From the NCBI GenBank assembly GCA_002712715.1, contig PAUF01000017.1:3796-67795 (forward strand): a stretch of DNA of 64,000 nt, read 5' to 3'. The DNA is from Flavobacteriales bacterium (GTDB taxonomy: Bacteria; Bacteroidota; Bacteroidia; Flavobacteriales; BACL11). This document shows, piece after piece, positions 1 through 9,765 of the stretch (position 1 is the first letter of the stretch; each line of letters starts with the position of its first letter). A program made the position numbers and the translations under genes. The notes below the pieces were generated by a model. The model did no database searches. It was not told the DNA's origin and saw only the letters and a list, made by a program, of their open reading frames with translations.

Positions 1-27
1 TTGTTTACTTCTATATTTAATTTATTT

Positions 28-963
28 TTAATCATGTTTTTTTAAAAAAACCTCTGCCATCATACATCTAACACTTCCTCCACCATTAGTTTCAATTATA
101 TTCAAAGGTATGGTCAAAATTTTATTAAATTTTTTAATTAAATTTAATTGATTATCTGACAAACTATCCTTCGCTCTTTCGGACATAACCAAATACACAT
201 CATCACCGCCAACTTGAAGCATATTTCCAGCAAAACAGTCTTTTTGTTCTTCAGAAATTTCAATTATTCTCTTTCCAGTTTTGCTTAACAAAGATATCAA
301 ATTATTTCTTTCTTGTATATCATCAATTGCATCTAAACAAACAATTGCATACCTATCAGCAACAGACATCATGACATTTGTATGGTATATAATTTTTCTT
401 TCACCATTAACACTTTGAAATGCATTAAAAGAGCACAAATCATATCCAAACTTATTACACCATTGATTTAATAAGTCAATATTGGTTCTCTCAGACTCTG
501 CAGCATAACAAATCTTTTGTACCCTATCTAAAACCATACTTCCTGTACCTTCCAAATAAATATTGTCCTTTTCATATTTTGACCAATCAAAAAAAATCTT
601 GATATCAAAATTAAAATCATTAGATAATATATTAACTATATCCATTCTTCTTTCAGCTCTTCTATTTTCCGCACACATAGGATAGAAAATCACCAAACCA
701 TCATCATGCATTGAAATCCAATTGTTAGGGAAAATAGAATCAGGTGTATGAGGGATTTTGGTATCTTTAAAAGTAATTACATTAACACCTACGTTTCGTA
801 ATTTATTTACAAAACATTGGAATTCTTTAAGAGCTAATTTTTGAATCTCAGATCTAATTATATTTTGACTCTTTTTTTGATAATAATTATTTATTGATGT
901 TTCTTTATTATAACAAAAGTCTACAGGCTCAATCATTAAAATGGTATTTGTGTACTGTTTCAT
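28..963 (-). CDS. ctlX: Citrulline utilization hydrolase CtlX-like amidinotransferase superfamily protein
   Basis: Motifs ILMIEPVDF, TPDSIFPNNW, LEGTGSMVLDR, IYHTNVMM, GGGSVRCMMAE (catalytic Cys). Start moved to the ATG at 963, which overlaps the upstream TGA (ATGA coupling). Confidence 0.8.
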   Translation of the reverse strand: MKQYTNTILMIEPVDFCYNKETSINNYYQKKSQNIIRSEIQKLALKEFQCFVNKLRNVGVNVITFKDTKIPHTPDSIFPNNWISMHDDGLVIFYPMCAENRRAERRMDIVNILSNDFNFDIKIFFDWSKYEKDNIYLEGTGSMVLDRVQKICYAAESERTNIDLLNQWCNKFGYDLCSFNAFQSVNGERKIIYHTNVMMSVADRYAIVCLDAIDDIQERNNLISLLSKTGKRIIEISEEQKDCFAGNMLQVGGDDVYLVMSERAKDSLSDNQLNLIKKFNKILTIPLNIIETNGGGSVRCMMAEVFLKKHD

Positions 964-1871
964 TTTCTTAATAATGGCATTGTTGAACATCTTAATAACC
1001 CCCCCATCTTCGCAATCTCTCCATATTGAATCTGTTCAACAATAAACCCTCTTTCATATAATTTTTGATTTAATCTCTCGAAACGAACATCAGAAACAAT
1101 AATATTTTCAGAAATTGAAAACACATTAGCTGCCATTTCATACATCTCATGTCTTGAAATATATATTAAATTATCAATACCAAATAGTTCTTCTAAAAAA
1201 ATCACATCCTCTTTATTTTTAAATCCTTCGACACAGATAATTGCCATTCTTTGTCCAATTGGCTGAAAACAACAGTCTAAATGCAGTGTGTTTGATAACG
1301 CATCAGTATCAGATTTAATAAGTTCAAATGAGTATATTTTTTTTTCTGGAAAATTGGATTTTATAAACTCCACAGCTGCATAGTTAGTTCTTGCTACTTT
1401 ATACTTATTAAAATCAGATTCACTAGAACATCCAATGAAAATAAAATCATTATATAACAATATATCACCACCTTCTAGTCTTGTATCAGCAGGCATTTTC
1501 AAAAACTCTAAATCATACATTACTTTGTTTTCTAGCAAACCTTGAACTTCCATAGATCGGTCATTTATTATATTAGGAATAATTAATTTTTTACCTATAA
1601 CACAAGCAATATCTCTAGCGAAAATTTGATTAAGAAATTCAATGTTTTTAGGAATAATGACATCAACTTTATACTTTAAAAGAATTTGATGAAAAAGATT
1701 CATCTGATGAATAACATCATATTGTGTAGGATAAGTGCCATTTTGAACATTCTCTAAAGATTTTGGATCAAAACACTCATTGGGCAATGGCGTTTTGCCA
1801 AAATCTTCTGAATTACCTAACATAACTGTTTTTAATTCAGAAGTTTCATTATTAATATTTAATTCTAGCAT
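960..1871 (-). CDS. Dimethylarginine dimethylaminohydrolase / arginine deiminase-like amidinotransferase family protein
   Basis: NQIFARDI, LEGGD, LHLDCCF and GGLLRCSTMPL pentein motifs. Confidence 0.85.
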   Translation of the reverse strand: MLELNINNETSELKTVMLGNSEDFGKTPLPNECFDPKSLENVQNGTYPTQYDVIHQMNLFHQILLKYKVDVIIPKNIEFLNQIFARDIACVIGKKLIIPNIINDRSMEVQGLLENKVMYDLEFLKMPADTRLEGGDILLYNDFIFIGCSSESDFNKYKVARTNYAAVEFIKSNFPEKKIYSFELIKSDTDALSNTLHLDCCFQPIGQRMAIICVEGFKNKEDVIFLEELFGIDNLIYISRHEMYEMAANVFSISENIIVSDVRFERLNQKLYERGFIVEQIQYGEIAKMGGLLRCSTMPLLRK

Positions 1872-1884
1872 TTAATTATACTTG

Positions 1885-1892
1885 CAAACATA
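1885..1892 (-). promoter_or_regulatory. Bacteroidota sigma-70 -7 element (TATGTTTG)
   Basis: Matches TAnnTTTG, 13 nt upstream of the ATG at 1871. Confidence 0.6.
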
Positions 1893-2015
1893 AGTATAAG
1901 AAACTCAGACTAAAAATCAAATTGATATTTTTTTTAATAAATCAACTCCATAATTATTAACAAAACACTGCTAATATGTATAAATAAACTAAATCTTTAT
2001 AAGATGCTATTTGTT

Positions 2016-2023
2016 TAAATTTG
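2016..2023 (+). promoter_or_regulatory. -7 element (TAAATTTG) for ftsK-lolA
   Basis: TAnnTTTG 11 nt upstream of the ATG at 2035. Confidence 0.6.
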
Positions 2024-2034
2024 ATTAAAATAAT

Positions 2035-4332
2035 ATGAAGAAAAAAAACAATAAAAACATTAAACACAGATTTAAAAAAACCATAGATTTCTTTCAAAAT
2101 GAAAGTAATCAAAGAGTGATTGGATTTATACTAATATTATTCGGAATATTCTGCTTTATATCCTTCACCTCTTTCTTTTTTAACTACAGAGATGACCTAG
2201 ACTTAGCTGAAAAAGGCCCCAAATATTTGTTTGAAAATTCTGAATTAATTAAAAATCATTTAGGAGTTTTAGGTGTTATTTTATCGCATTTTTTCATCTA
2301 TTTAGGTTTTGGAATATCTTCATATGTAATCCCCTTTTTCTCTATAATAACAGGCCTATCATTATTGGGTAAAAAAATATATCCAATTAAAAGTTTTCTT
2401 TTTGACAGTGTATGGGTATTATCAATAGTACCAATAATTATTTTTCACTTCCTTGAATTACAAGTATACTCAGGAAGTATTGGAACTACAATTACATTAC
2501 TACTATATTCGTTAATAGCAGAAATAGGAACTACGCTACTAATAATAGCAATTCTATTAATTTATTCAACTATTAGATTTAAGTTGACCAAGAATAAAAT
2601 TAATAGTATTTTAGACAGATTAAAACCAAAAAATGATACAATAATCAATATATCAAAAAAAAATGAAAATTTACCTACTAAAGATAATCAACAAACTAAT
2701 GATTTAAAAAAGGAAAATAATTTAAAAGACGATACTGCAGATAAAGAAGAGACCATTGATAATGATATTAAAATTAAAATATCATCCCAAATTGAAGAAA
2801 AAACTACAGAAATAAATAAAAATTCTCTAACTAAATATGATCCTACATTAGAACTTTCATCTTATAAATTTCCTATATCAGACTTACTAAAAAAACATGG
2901 TTCTGGCGAAATAAACATAGACAAATCTGAACTTGAGGAAAATAAACAAAGTATTGTTGATACGTTAGGGAACTATAATATTGGAATAGATTCAATAACA
3001 GCAACAATTGGGCCTACTATTACACTATATGAAATTGTGCCTGAAGCAGGGATTAGAATTTCAAAAATAAAGAATTTGGAAGATGACATCGCACTTAGTC
3101 TTTCAGCTGAAGGAATTAGAATAATCGCTCCAATTCCTGGCAGAGGCACTATAGGTATAGAAGTACCAAACAAAAAACCCACAACTGTTTCAATGCATAC
3201 TGTATTACAATCAGAAAAGTTTCAGGAAAGCAACATGGATCTACCAATTGCTCTTGGAAAAACTATTTCAAATGAAACATATATATTAGATCTAGCCAAG
3301 ATGCCTCATCTATTAATGGCAGGGGCCACAGGGCAAGGGAAATCAGTAGGACTTAACGCAATTCTAACATCTTTACTTTATAAAAAGCATCCAGCTGAAA
3401 TTAAATTTGTTTTAGTTGACCCTAAAAAGGTAGAACTTACACTATTCAACAAAATTGAAAGACATTTTTTAGCAAAACTACCTGATAGTGAAGAAGCTAT
3501 AATTACAGACACAAAGAAAGTAGTTAACACCGTGAACTCTTTATGCATTGAAATGGATCAAAGATATGAACTGCTAAAAAACGGAATGTGTAGAAATATT
3601 AAAGAGTATAATCTAAAATTCATTTCAAGAAAATTAAACCCTGAAAATGGACATAGGTTTTTACCTTATATTGTTTTAGTTATTGATGAATTTGCTGATT
3701 TAATTATGACTGCTGGTAAAGAAATTGAAACCCCTATAGCAAGACTAGCCCAATTAGCAAGAGCAATTGGTATTCATTTAATTATTGCAACACAAAGACC
3801 ATCTGTAAATGTAATTACAGGAATTATTAAAGCGAATTTTCCTGCAAGAGCGGCTTTCAGAGTAACTTCAAGAATTGACTCACGAACTATATTAGACTCT
3901 GGAGGCGCAGATCAATTAATAGGTAAAGGAGATATGTTAGTTTCTACAGGTTCAGAATTAATAAGGCTTCAATGTGCATTCATTGATACCCCTGAAGTTG
4001 AAAAAATATGCGAATATATTGGAAGTCAACGGGCCTATCCATCTGCATATTTATTGCCAGAATATTTAGATGAAAAAAATTCTAACTCTTCAGAAATAGA
4101 TCTTAATGAAAGAGATGCACTATTTGATGATGCAGCACGTTTAGTAGTTAAACATCAATCCGGATCCACCTCAGCAATTCAAAGAAGAATGAAAATAGGT
4201 TATAATAGAGCAGGAAGGATTATAGATGAATTAGAGTATGCTGGAATAGTAGGTCCCTTTGAAGGAAGTAAGGCTAGACAAGTCTTAATTAAAAATGAAA
4301 TAGAATTAGAAGAATTACTGAAAAAAATTTAA
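2035..4332 (+). CDS. ftsK: DNA translocase FtsK
   Basis: N-terminal TM region; MPHLLMAGATGQGKS Walker A; IDEFADL; ATQRPS; C-terminal gamma domain (IGYNRAGRIIDELE). Confidence 0.97.
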   Translation: MKKKNNKNIKHRFKKTIDFFQNESNQRVIGFILILFGIFCFISFTSFFFNYRDDLDLAEKGPKYLFENSELIKNHLGVLGVILSHFFIYLGFGISSYVIPFFSIITGLSLLGKKIYPIKSFLFDSVWVLSIVPIIIFHFLELQVYSGSIGTTITLLLYSLIAEIGTTLLIIAILLIYSTIRFKLTKNKINSILDRLKPKNDTIINISKKNENLPTKDNQQTNDLKKENNLKDDTADKEETIDNDIKIKISSQIEEKTTEINKNSLTKYDPTLELSSYKFPISDLLKKHGSGEINIDKSELEENKQSIVDTLGNYNIGIDSITATIGPTITLYEIVPEAGIRISKIKNLEDDIALSLSAEGIRIIAPIPGRGTIGIEVPNKKPTTVSMHTVLQSEKFQESNMDLPIALGKTISNETYILDLAKMPHLLMAGATGQGKSVGLNAILTSLLYKKHPAEIKFVLVDPKKVELTLFNKIERHFLAKLPDSEEAIITDTKKVVNTVNSLCIEMDQRYELLKNGMCRNIKEYNLKFISRKLNPENGHRFLPYIVLVIDEFADLIMTAGKEIETPIARLAQLARAIGIHLIIATQRPSVNVITGIIKANFPARAAFRVTSRIDSRTILDSGGADQLIGKGDMLVSTGSELIRLQCAFIDTPEVEKICEYIGSQRAYPSAYLLPEYLDEKNSNSSEIDLNERDALFDDAARLVVKHQSGSTSAIQRRMKIGYNRAGRIIDELEYAGIVGPFEGSKARQVLIKNEIELEELLKKI

Positions 4333-4337
4333 AACAT

Positions 4338-4976
4338 ATGAAAATACGGTTATTTATATTATGTTGTATTATTGCAAATAGTTATCTATATTCTCAAGAT
4401 TTATCAGCAGACAAAATATTAGAAAAAACCATCAATAAGAACAAATCTTATTCTGATATGAAAATAGAATTTTCATACTTTTTTTCTGATTCAATTAACG
4501 ATATTAATGAAACGATGGAGGGAACAATGTTCTTAAAAGGTGGAAAATATAGGATTGATACAGATAATGATCTATCTATAATTAATAATGGAGAAACATT
4601 ATGGTATTTCATGAAAGATGTTAACGAAGTTCAAATAACAAATAACGACCCAAATGATAGTTTTAACCCAAATAAATTATTTACTATTTATAAAAATAAA
4701 TTTAAAAATAAATTTAATGGGATTAAAATATTTGATAATTACAAAGCATACAATATAAGCCTTTTCCCTGAAGAAAAAACAAATAATATATCTAAAATTA
4801 CATTATATATTCATATTGAAAATAGTGAAATTATGATTGCAAATATCTATGATAAAAATGGTGGAGTAATGAAATATATAATAAATGATTTTATAACAAA
4901 TTCTTCATTAGAAGATGAAATATTTGAATTTAAAACTTCAAATTATCCTGACTTGGAAAAAATTGACTTGAGATAA
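4338..4976 (+). CDS. lolA: Outer-membrane lipoprotein carrier LolA family protein
   Basis: Signal peptide; G-x-M-x-LKGGKYRI and NGETLW...NEVQI motifs; usual position after ftsK. Confidence 0.85.
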   Translation: MKIRLFILCCIIANSYLYSQDLSADKILEKTINKNKSYSDMKIEFSYFFSDSINDINETMEGTMFLKGGKYRIDTDNDLSIINNGETLWYFMKDVNEVQITNNDPNDSFNPNKLFTIYKNKFKNKFNGIKIFDNYKAYNISLFPEEKTNNISKITLYIHIENSEIMIANIYDKNGGVMKYIINDFITNSSLEDEIFEFKTSNYPDLEKIDLR

Positions 4977-4983
4977 TAACATG

Positions 4984-6273
4984 TTATCTTATTAACTGAA
5001 AATTTCCTTGAAATCTCTTTTCACTTCCTAATTCGTCTAATATATTTAACATCCATATATATTTACCACTTTGACAAATATTAAAATCTGAACCACTAAA
5101 TGTGCCATCCCACCCAATATTTGGATCTAAACTTCTAAAAACCAATTGACCCCACCTGTTATAAATTGTAAATTCATAATACTCCAAGTATTCTAATCTA
5201 TATCCTTTTGGCGAAAAAAAATCATTTAAATTATCTGTGTTTGGAGTAAATGAATTAGCAACATAAATTATCAAATCAGGATCTACTATAACTTGATGGA
5301 TTATAGAATCTTTACACATATTAGAGTCATATACAATTAATTTAACATCATAAATTCCTGGGCTTTCAAACCTATGTAAAGGATCTATTTCATAAGAATA
5401 TGTAGAATCTCCAAAATCCCACGAATAATATTCCCAACTTTTAGAACTATTAAATTGAATATATGGATCCAAAATAGAAACTCTATTAGGGACAAATTGA
5501 AAATTTGCATTAGGTAATGGGAAAACTTCAATATCTTTCACTAATGAATCCTTACATCCAAATTCAGAATACACACTTAATTTAACACTATATAAATCAA
5601 TAGATTTAAATTTATGAGATTGTGAAGACCCACTTGCAAAATTACCATCACCAAAATCCCATAGCCAAGTATCTATTGAATCTATTTGAGATATGGACAT
5701 ATCATGAAAAAAAGTTTCTTGTAAAAAACACTGATTCTGAATAGAAAAATCTGCAATTGGATTAGGATGCACAGCAATATCTATTACATTTGATGAGTTT
5801 GCACATCCATTATTATCCACTACATTAATATAATAACTTCCAGAACTGTCAACAAGAATAGATGATAAATTTACCCCATTATTCCAAGAATAATTTATAT
5901 AATTAGAATCTGATATCAATAACACATCGCTTCCTTGACAGAATTCTATATTCCCTTGAGCAAAAATATTGGGACTAGGTAATGGATGAACAATAATTAA
6001 AATACTATCTATTGAATTACATCCATTTAAATCAGTTTCCTCAACGTACAGCCAAAAATCTCCAACATTATAAACTTCTAATTGAATATGTTCTGTGCCA
6101 TTTCCATAAGTAATGTTCGCCAAATTATGCGACATAGTCCAATTATAATTAGAACCATAATGCAAAGGGACAGAAAAATTCTGCAATGTATCACCAACGC
6201 ATAAACTAATACTACTCTGTGAATATAAAGTATTAGCAATGAGAATTAATAAAAATGAAATTATTTTTTTCAT
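4984..6273 (-). CDS. Secreted PKD-domain protein with T9SS type-B (gliding motility-associated/CHU_C) C-terminal domain
   Basis: Signal peptide ...LYS|Q; two WDFGD PKD motifs; CTD YVANSFTPNTDNLND...IYNRWGQLVF...GWDGT...GNFQLIR. Confidence 0.9.
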   Translation of the reverse strand: MKKIISFLLILIANTLYSQSSISLCVGDTLQNFSVPLHYGSNYNWTMSHNLANITYGNGTEHIQLEVYNVGDFWLYVEETDLNGCNSIDSILIIVHPLPSPNIFAQGNIEFCQGSDVLLISDSNYINYSWNNGVNLSSILVDSSGSYYINVVDNNGCANSSNVIDIAVHPNPIADFSIQNQCFLQETFFHDMSISQIDSIDTWLWDFGDGNFASGSSQSHKFKSIDLYSVKLSVYSEFGCKDSLVKDIEVFPLPNANFQFVPNRVSILDPYIQFNSSKSWEYYSWDFGDSTYSYEIDPLHRFESPGIYDVKLIVYDSNMCKDSIIHQVIVDPDLIIYVANSFTPNTDNLNDFFSPKGYRLEYLEYYEFTIYNRWGQLVFRSLDPNIGWDGTFSGSDFNICQSGKYIWMLNILDELGSEKRFQGNFQLIR

Positions 6274-6279
6274 TTTTTA

Positions 6280-7863
6280 CTACCAATGGTTAATTGGGCC
6301 TGTATTAGGAACTGAGAAAATCTCTAAAGTGACACTTGCAGCTGGACTAACACATCCGTTCGAACTAACTTCTATAACATAATAAGTATAAATTCCTATA
6401 TTAGTTTGACCATGAACAAAAGGAGAATTATTACCAACAATAGTAGTTAATGCAGCATCAGAGTACCATTCAAATGAAGTACCAACACCAGAAACAGTTA
6501 AATTAGGAATATTAGCTCCAAAACATGCAGAAACTGGATTTGTTATAGGCATTGAGTTAAAAGAATTAATAGTAAGAGTAACTAATGATACAGGACTCTC
6601 ACAACCGTTACTATTTGTCTCTGTTACATAATAAGTATAAGTACCAACTGTTGTTTGACCTGTATTAAAACTATTACCAGTATAAATAAGATTTGTTAAT
6701 AAAGAATCAGAGTACCATGAAACATTATTACCTATTGCACTTAGATTTGGAATAACACTTCCCTCGCATGCAGTCTGATTTGAAATTAATGGAGCAGAAG
6801 GTAAATTAAAGATTTCTAATGAAATAGTTGATGGAGTACTCTCACAACCATTAATGTCAGTATCAGTAACATAATAAGTATATACACCAACAGCTGTCAT
6901 TCCGGTACTAAAATTTGTTCCAGTAGAAACTAGATTAGTTAATGTGGGATCAGTATACCATGAAATATTATTCCCAACTGCAGTCAATGCAGGTATACTA
7001 GATCCAAAACACACTGTCTGATTAGCAATAATTGGAGATGAAGGGACATTATAAATCTCTAATAAAATAGTTGATGGAGCACTTTCACAACCATTCATAT
7101 CAGTATCAGTAACATAATAAGTATATACTCCAACAGCCGTCATTCCGGTATTAAAATTTGTTCCAGTAGAAACTAGATTAGTTAATGTGGAATCAGAGTA
7201 CCATGAAATATTATTACCAACAGCAGTCAATGCAGGTATACTAGATCCAAAACACACTGTCTGATTAGCAACAATTGGAGATGAAGGGACATTATAAATC
7301 TCTAATGTAACTGGTGTAGATGGACCTTCACAACCATTTAATGTTTCAGTTACATAGTAAGTATATATCCCTACAGATGTTTGACCTGTATTAAAACTAT
7401 TACCAGAACCAACAATAGTAGATAATAACGCATCAGAATACCAGGAAACATTAGCACCAATAGCTGTTAATGGAGGGACACTACTTCCAAAGCATGCTGT
7501 TTGATTTGTAGCTAATGTAGCTGTAGGAAGAGGATTTACTGTAACCTCAACTGTTACTGGCAAACCAACACATCCATTTATATCGGTTTCAATTACAGAA
7601 ATTGTATATACTCCTGGATTAACTCCCCAATCTACAGTTATTTGATTACTTGTAATTCCTGTATTTATAACCCCTCCACCACTAATAGACCACTGATAGG
7701 TAGAACCAGAATTTGGGGGATTAATTAAATATGGTTCTGATAATGATCCAGCACATACGGTTTGCGTTGGAGAAGTATTAGTTTGTGAAATAGATGTATT
7801 AAAAGAAAAAATACAAATAGTTAATACACAAATGAAGCTGTTAAATTTAATTATTTTTTTCAT
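6280..7863 (-). CDS. Secreted protein with N-terminal PKD-like domain plus five ~80-aa Ig-like repeats; no T9SS CTD
   Basis: Signal peptide ...SIS|Q; repeats QTxCxG...WYSD...YTYYVT...NGCES; ends NTGPINHW. Confidence 0.85.
   Translation of the reverse strand: MKKIIKFNSFICVLTICIFSFNTSISQTNTSPTQTVCAGSLSEPYLINPPNSGSTYQWSISGGGVINTGITSNQITVDWGVNPGVYTISVIETDINGCVGLPVTVEVTVNPLPTATLATNQTACFGSSVPPLTAIGANVSWYSDALLSTIVGSGNSFNTGQTSVGIYTYYVTETLNGCEGPSTPVTLEIYNVPSSPIVANQTVCFGSSIPALTAVGNNISWYSDSTLTNLVSTGTNFNTGMTAVGVYTYYVTDTDMNGCESAPSTILLEIYNVPSSPIIANQTVCFGSSIPALTAVGNNISWYTDPTLTNLVSTGTNFSTGMTAVGVYTYYVTDTDINGCESTPSTISLEIFNLPSAPLISNQTACEGSVIPNLSAIGNNVSWYSDSLLTNLIYTGNSFNTGQTTVGTYTYYVTETNSNGCESPVSLVTLTINSFNSMPITNPVSACFGANIPNLTVSGVGTSFEWYSDAALTTIVGNNSPFVHGQTNIGIYTYYVIEVSSNGCVSPAASVTLEIFSVPNTGPINHW
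6811..7306. repeat. Near-identical intragenic tandem duplication, period 243 bp (81 aa)
   Basis: aaatagttgatggag recurs at ~6822 and ~7065; long identical blocks such as gcagtcaatgcaggtatactagatccaaaacacactgtctgattagcaa occur in both copies. Confidence 0.9.
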
Positions 7864-7885
7864 GATTTATTATCTTATTATGTTT

Positions 7886-9733
7886 TTAATTATGACTTAT
7901 TGGTGGAGTATAATACTGACTAACTGGCACAGTTATTACGGATGACCAAGAACTAATAGCACATCCCCAATCCTCTCTAACTCTAACTCTAAATTGAGTT
8001 AAAGCAGTGATGTTATTATATATTATTGGGTTTAAAGTACCCCAGCCTCCATTATTAGTAGTAATGATATTTTGCCATCCAGAACCAATATTATATTGAA
8101 ATCTGTATCTAATAACTGGAATAGAAGTATTTGCAGTCAACACAATATTATCATTTAAACACGCAGTTGAAGGCAAAGCTGTTACAGATACAGAAGGCAC
8201 AGGATTAACATAAATTGTAACTGTATCTGTAAGAATACATCCTGGTGCAGTAAAGGTCACTATAAAATCAGTAGTAGCTGTCAATGTACTAATGAAATTA
8301 GGATTGGAAATATTAGCATTATCTAAATAAATTGAAGGATACCAAGAATAGGTTCCGCTAACATTTGAAAAAGCCGTTAACTGACTAGGAGTAGAACCGT
8401 TACATATTGTTTGTGATTGACTAGTATTTAGAGAAACATTATTATTTCCTAATATATATACTGTATCTATAGATGAACAATTATTAGCATCAGTCACGGT
8501 AACATAATAAATTCCAGGAATAAGACCAGTAGCTGTTTGAGAAATTTGTCCATTTGACCATGAATATACAACCGGAGTAGCTACTGATCCATTAATTAAT
8601 ATAGTATAGTCTTCTGTTTCACCAAACCATGCAGTATTAAAGTCACATGCATTAGCTAGATTATTTGGTTGGTAATCATTATTTTGCATAACAATTCTTA
8701 ATCTACTAAATCCAGGAACAGAATTAATTGGAACTGTAAAGGTAATAATATGGATAGAAGGACTTTGTGTAGGAGAAACTTCAGCAACTAATTCATTAAC
8801 ATCATCAAAATCACCATCAATATTCCAATCAATGTATACACTAGCAATATCAACCAGAGCGAAACCACTCGGATGACAAGTACCTAATGAAAGATTTAAA
8901 GTATATGTATTTCCTGGGGTTAGATCCGCAGAAATATTTGTATAATCCGAGTAATCACTACAATTGTTTGAAGTATTATTAGTAATCGAAATACTATCTC
9001 CATTCAACTCCACATTATCAATGGTTGAATAGTTTATATATTGAGGGGATGAAGCACAATAATTATTTAATTGAGAAGCTCCTACTCCATCAATATTAAC
9101 AGTAGCACTTCCTAATTGATTACAAGTGGCATCAACAACACTAGTCGACAATATCATCGGAGCAAATTGAGAGATCCCAAAATTATTAACTCCACATGAT
9201 TGACCATTTGCAAAAATTTCTATAATGTGTGGCCCTCCACATAAATTAGTAGCAGGATCTACTATAGGTAGAATAGAAGAATTATCAATAGAATATGAAT
9301 AAATATTCGGTAAAATAGGATCAAGTAGAGATACGTTTAGCTCAACATCACACAAATTAGGGCAAGCTTGTGTTGGAACAGGCTGCAAATCGACAATAGG
9401 CATTCTGATTTGAAAAGTATCAGAATAAATAGTATCAGGACAAATAGAAGCATAAGGAGAACTAGCTGTAATTACATAATAACCTGCATCAAGGTCATAC
9501 CTATTTGTACCTCCATTTCCACCACCTCCATTGTACAATTGACCATTGCTAGTATTTTGCCATGAATAATTTAAATATGTAGCTTGAATAATCTGTGCAG
9601 AACCAACTGAACCTCCTTCAGGACAAATAATATGAGAAATATTTGCAGTATCTACATTTACGCTACACTGAGAATAAATAGTGAAATGTGAAAAAATAAA
9701 AAATATTACAAATATTGCAGTCCTATTGATCAA
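7886..9733 (-). CDS. Secreted GEVED-domain / SprB-repeat / Ig-like protein; no T9SS CTD
   Basis: TTG start; signal peptide ...IYS|Q; YIDWNIDGDFDD...SRLRIV...GETEDYTI (GEVED); WSNG...GIYYVTVTDANNC (SprB repeat); ends TPPISHN. Confidence 0.85.
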   Translation of the reverse strand: MINRTAIFVIFFIFSHFTIYSQCSVNVDTANISHIICPEGGSVGSAQIIQATYLNYSWQNTSNGQLYNGGGGNGGTNRYDLDAGYYVITASSPYASICPDTIYSDTFQIRMPIVDLQPVPTQACPNLCDVELNVSLLDPILPNIYSYSIDNSSILPIVDPATNLCGGPHIIEIFANGQSCGVNNFGISQFAPMILSTSVVDATCNQLGSATVNIDGVGASQLNNYCASSPQYINYSTIDNVELNGDSISITNNTSNNCSDYSDYTNISADLTPGNTYTLNLSLGTCHPSGFALVDIASVYIDWNIDGDFDDVNELVAEVSPTQSPSIHIITFTVPINSVPGFSRLRIVMQNNDYQPNNLANACDFNTAWFGETEDYTILINGSVATPVVYSWSNGQISQTATGLIPGIYYVTVTDANNCSSIDTVYILGNNNVSLNTSQSQTICNGSTPSQLTAFSNVSGTYSWYPSIYLDNANISNPNFISTLTATTDFIVTFTAPGCILTDTVTIYVNPVPSVSVTALPSTACLNDNIVLTANTSIPVIRYRFQYNIGSGWQNIITTNNGGWGTLNPIIYNNITALTQFRVRVREDWGCAISSWSSVITVPVSQYYTPPISHN

Positions 9734-9748
9734 AATAATGTTTTAAAA

Positions 9749-9756
9749 CAAAGTTA
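9749..9756 (-). promoter_or_regulatory. -7 element (TAACTTTG) for the 9733-4984 operon
   Basis: TAnnTTTG 15 nt upstream of the TTG start at 9733. Confidence 0.6.
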
Positions 9757-9765
9757 ACAAAATTA

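Noticed and set aside
6280-7863. Repeats as a CRISPR array or DGR template/variable repeat pair
   Set aside because: They are in-frame protein-domain repeats with no spacers, no cas or reverse transcriptase gene, and no evident adenine-specific mismatch pattern
4984-9733. Three ORFs as fragments of one broken giant adhesin
   Set aside because: Each has its own start and signal peptide, and two share a defined terminal motif
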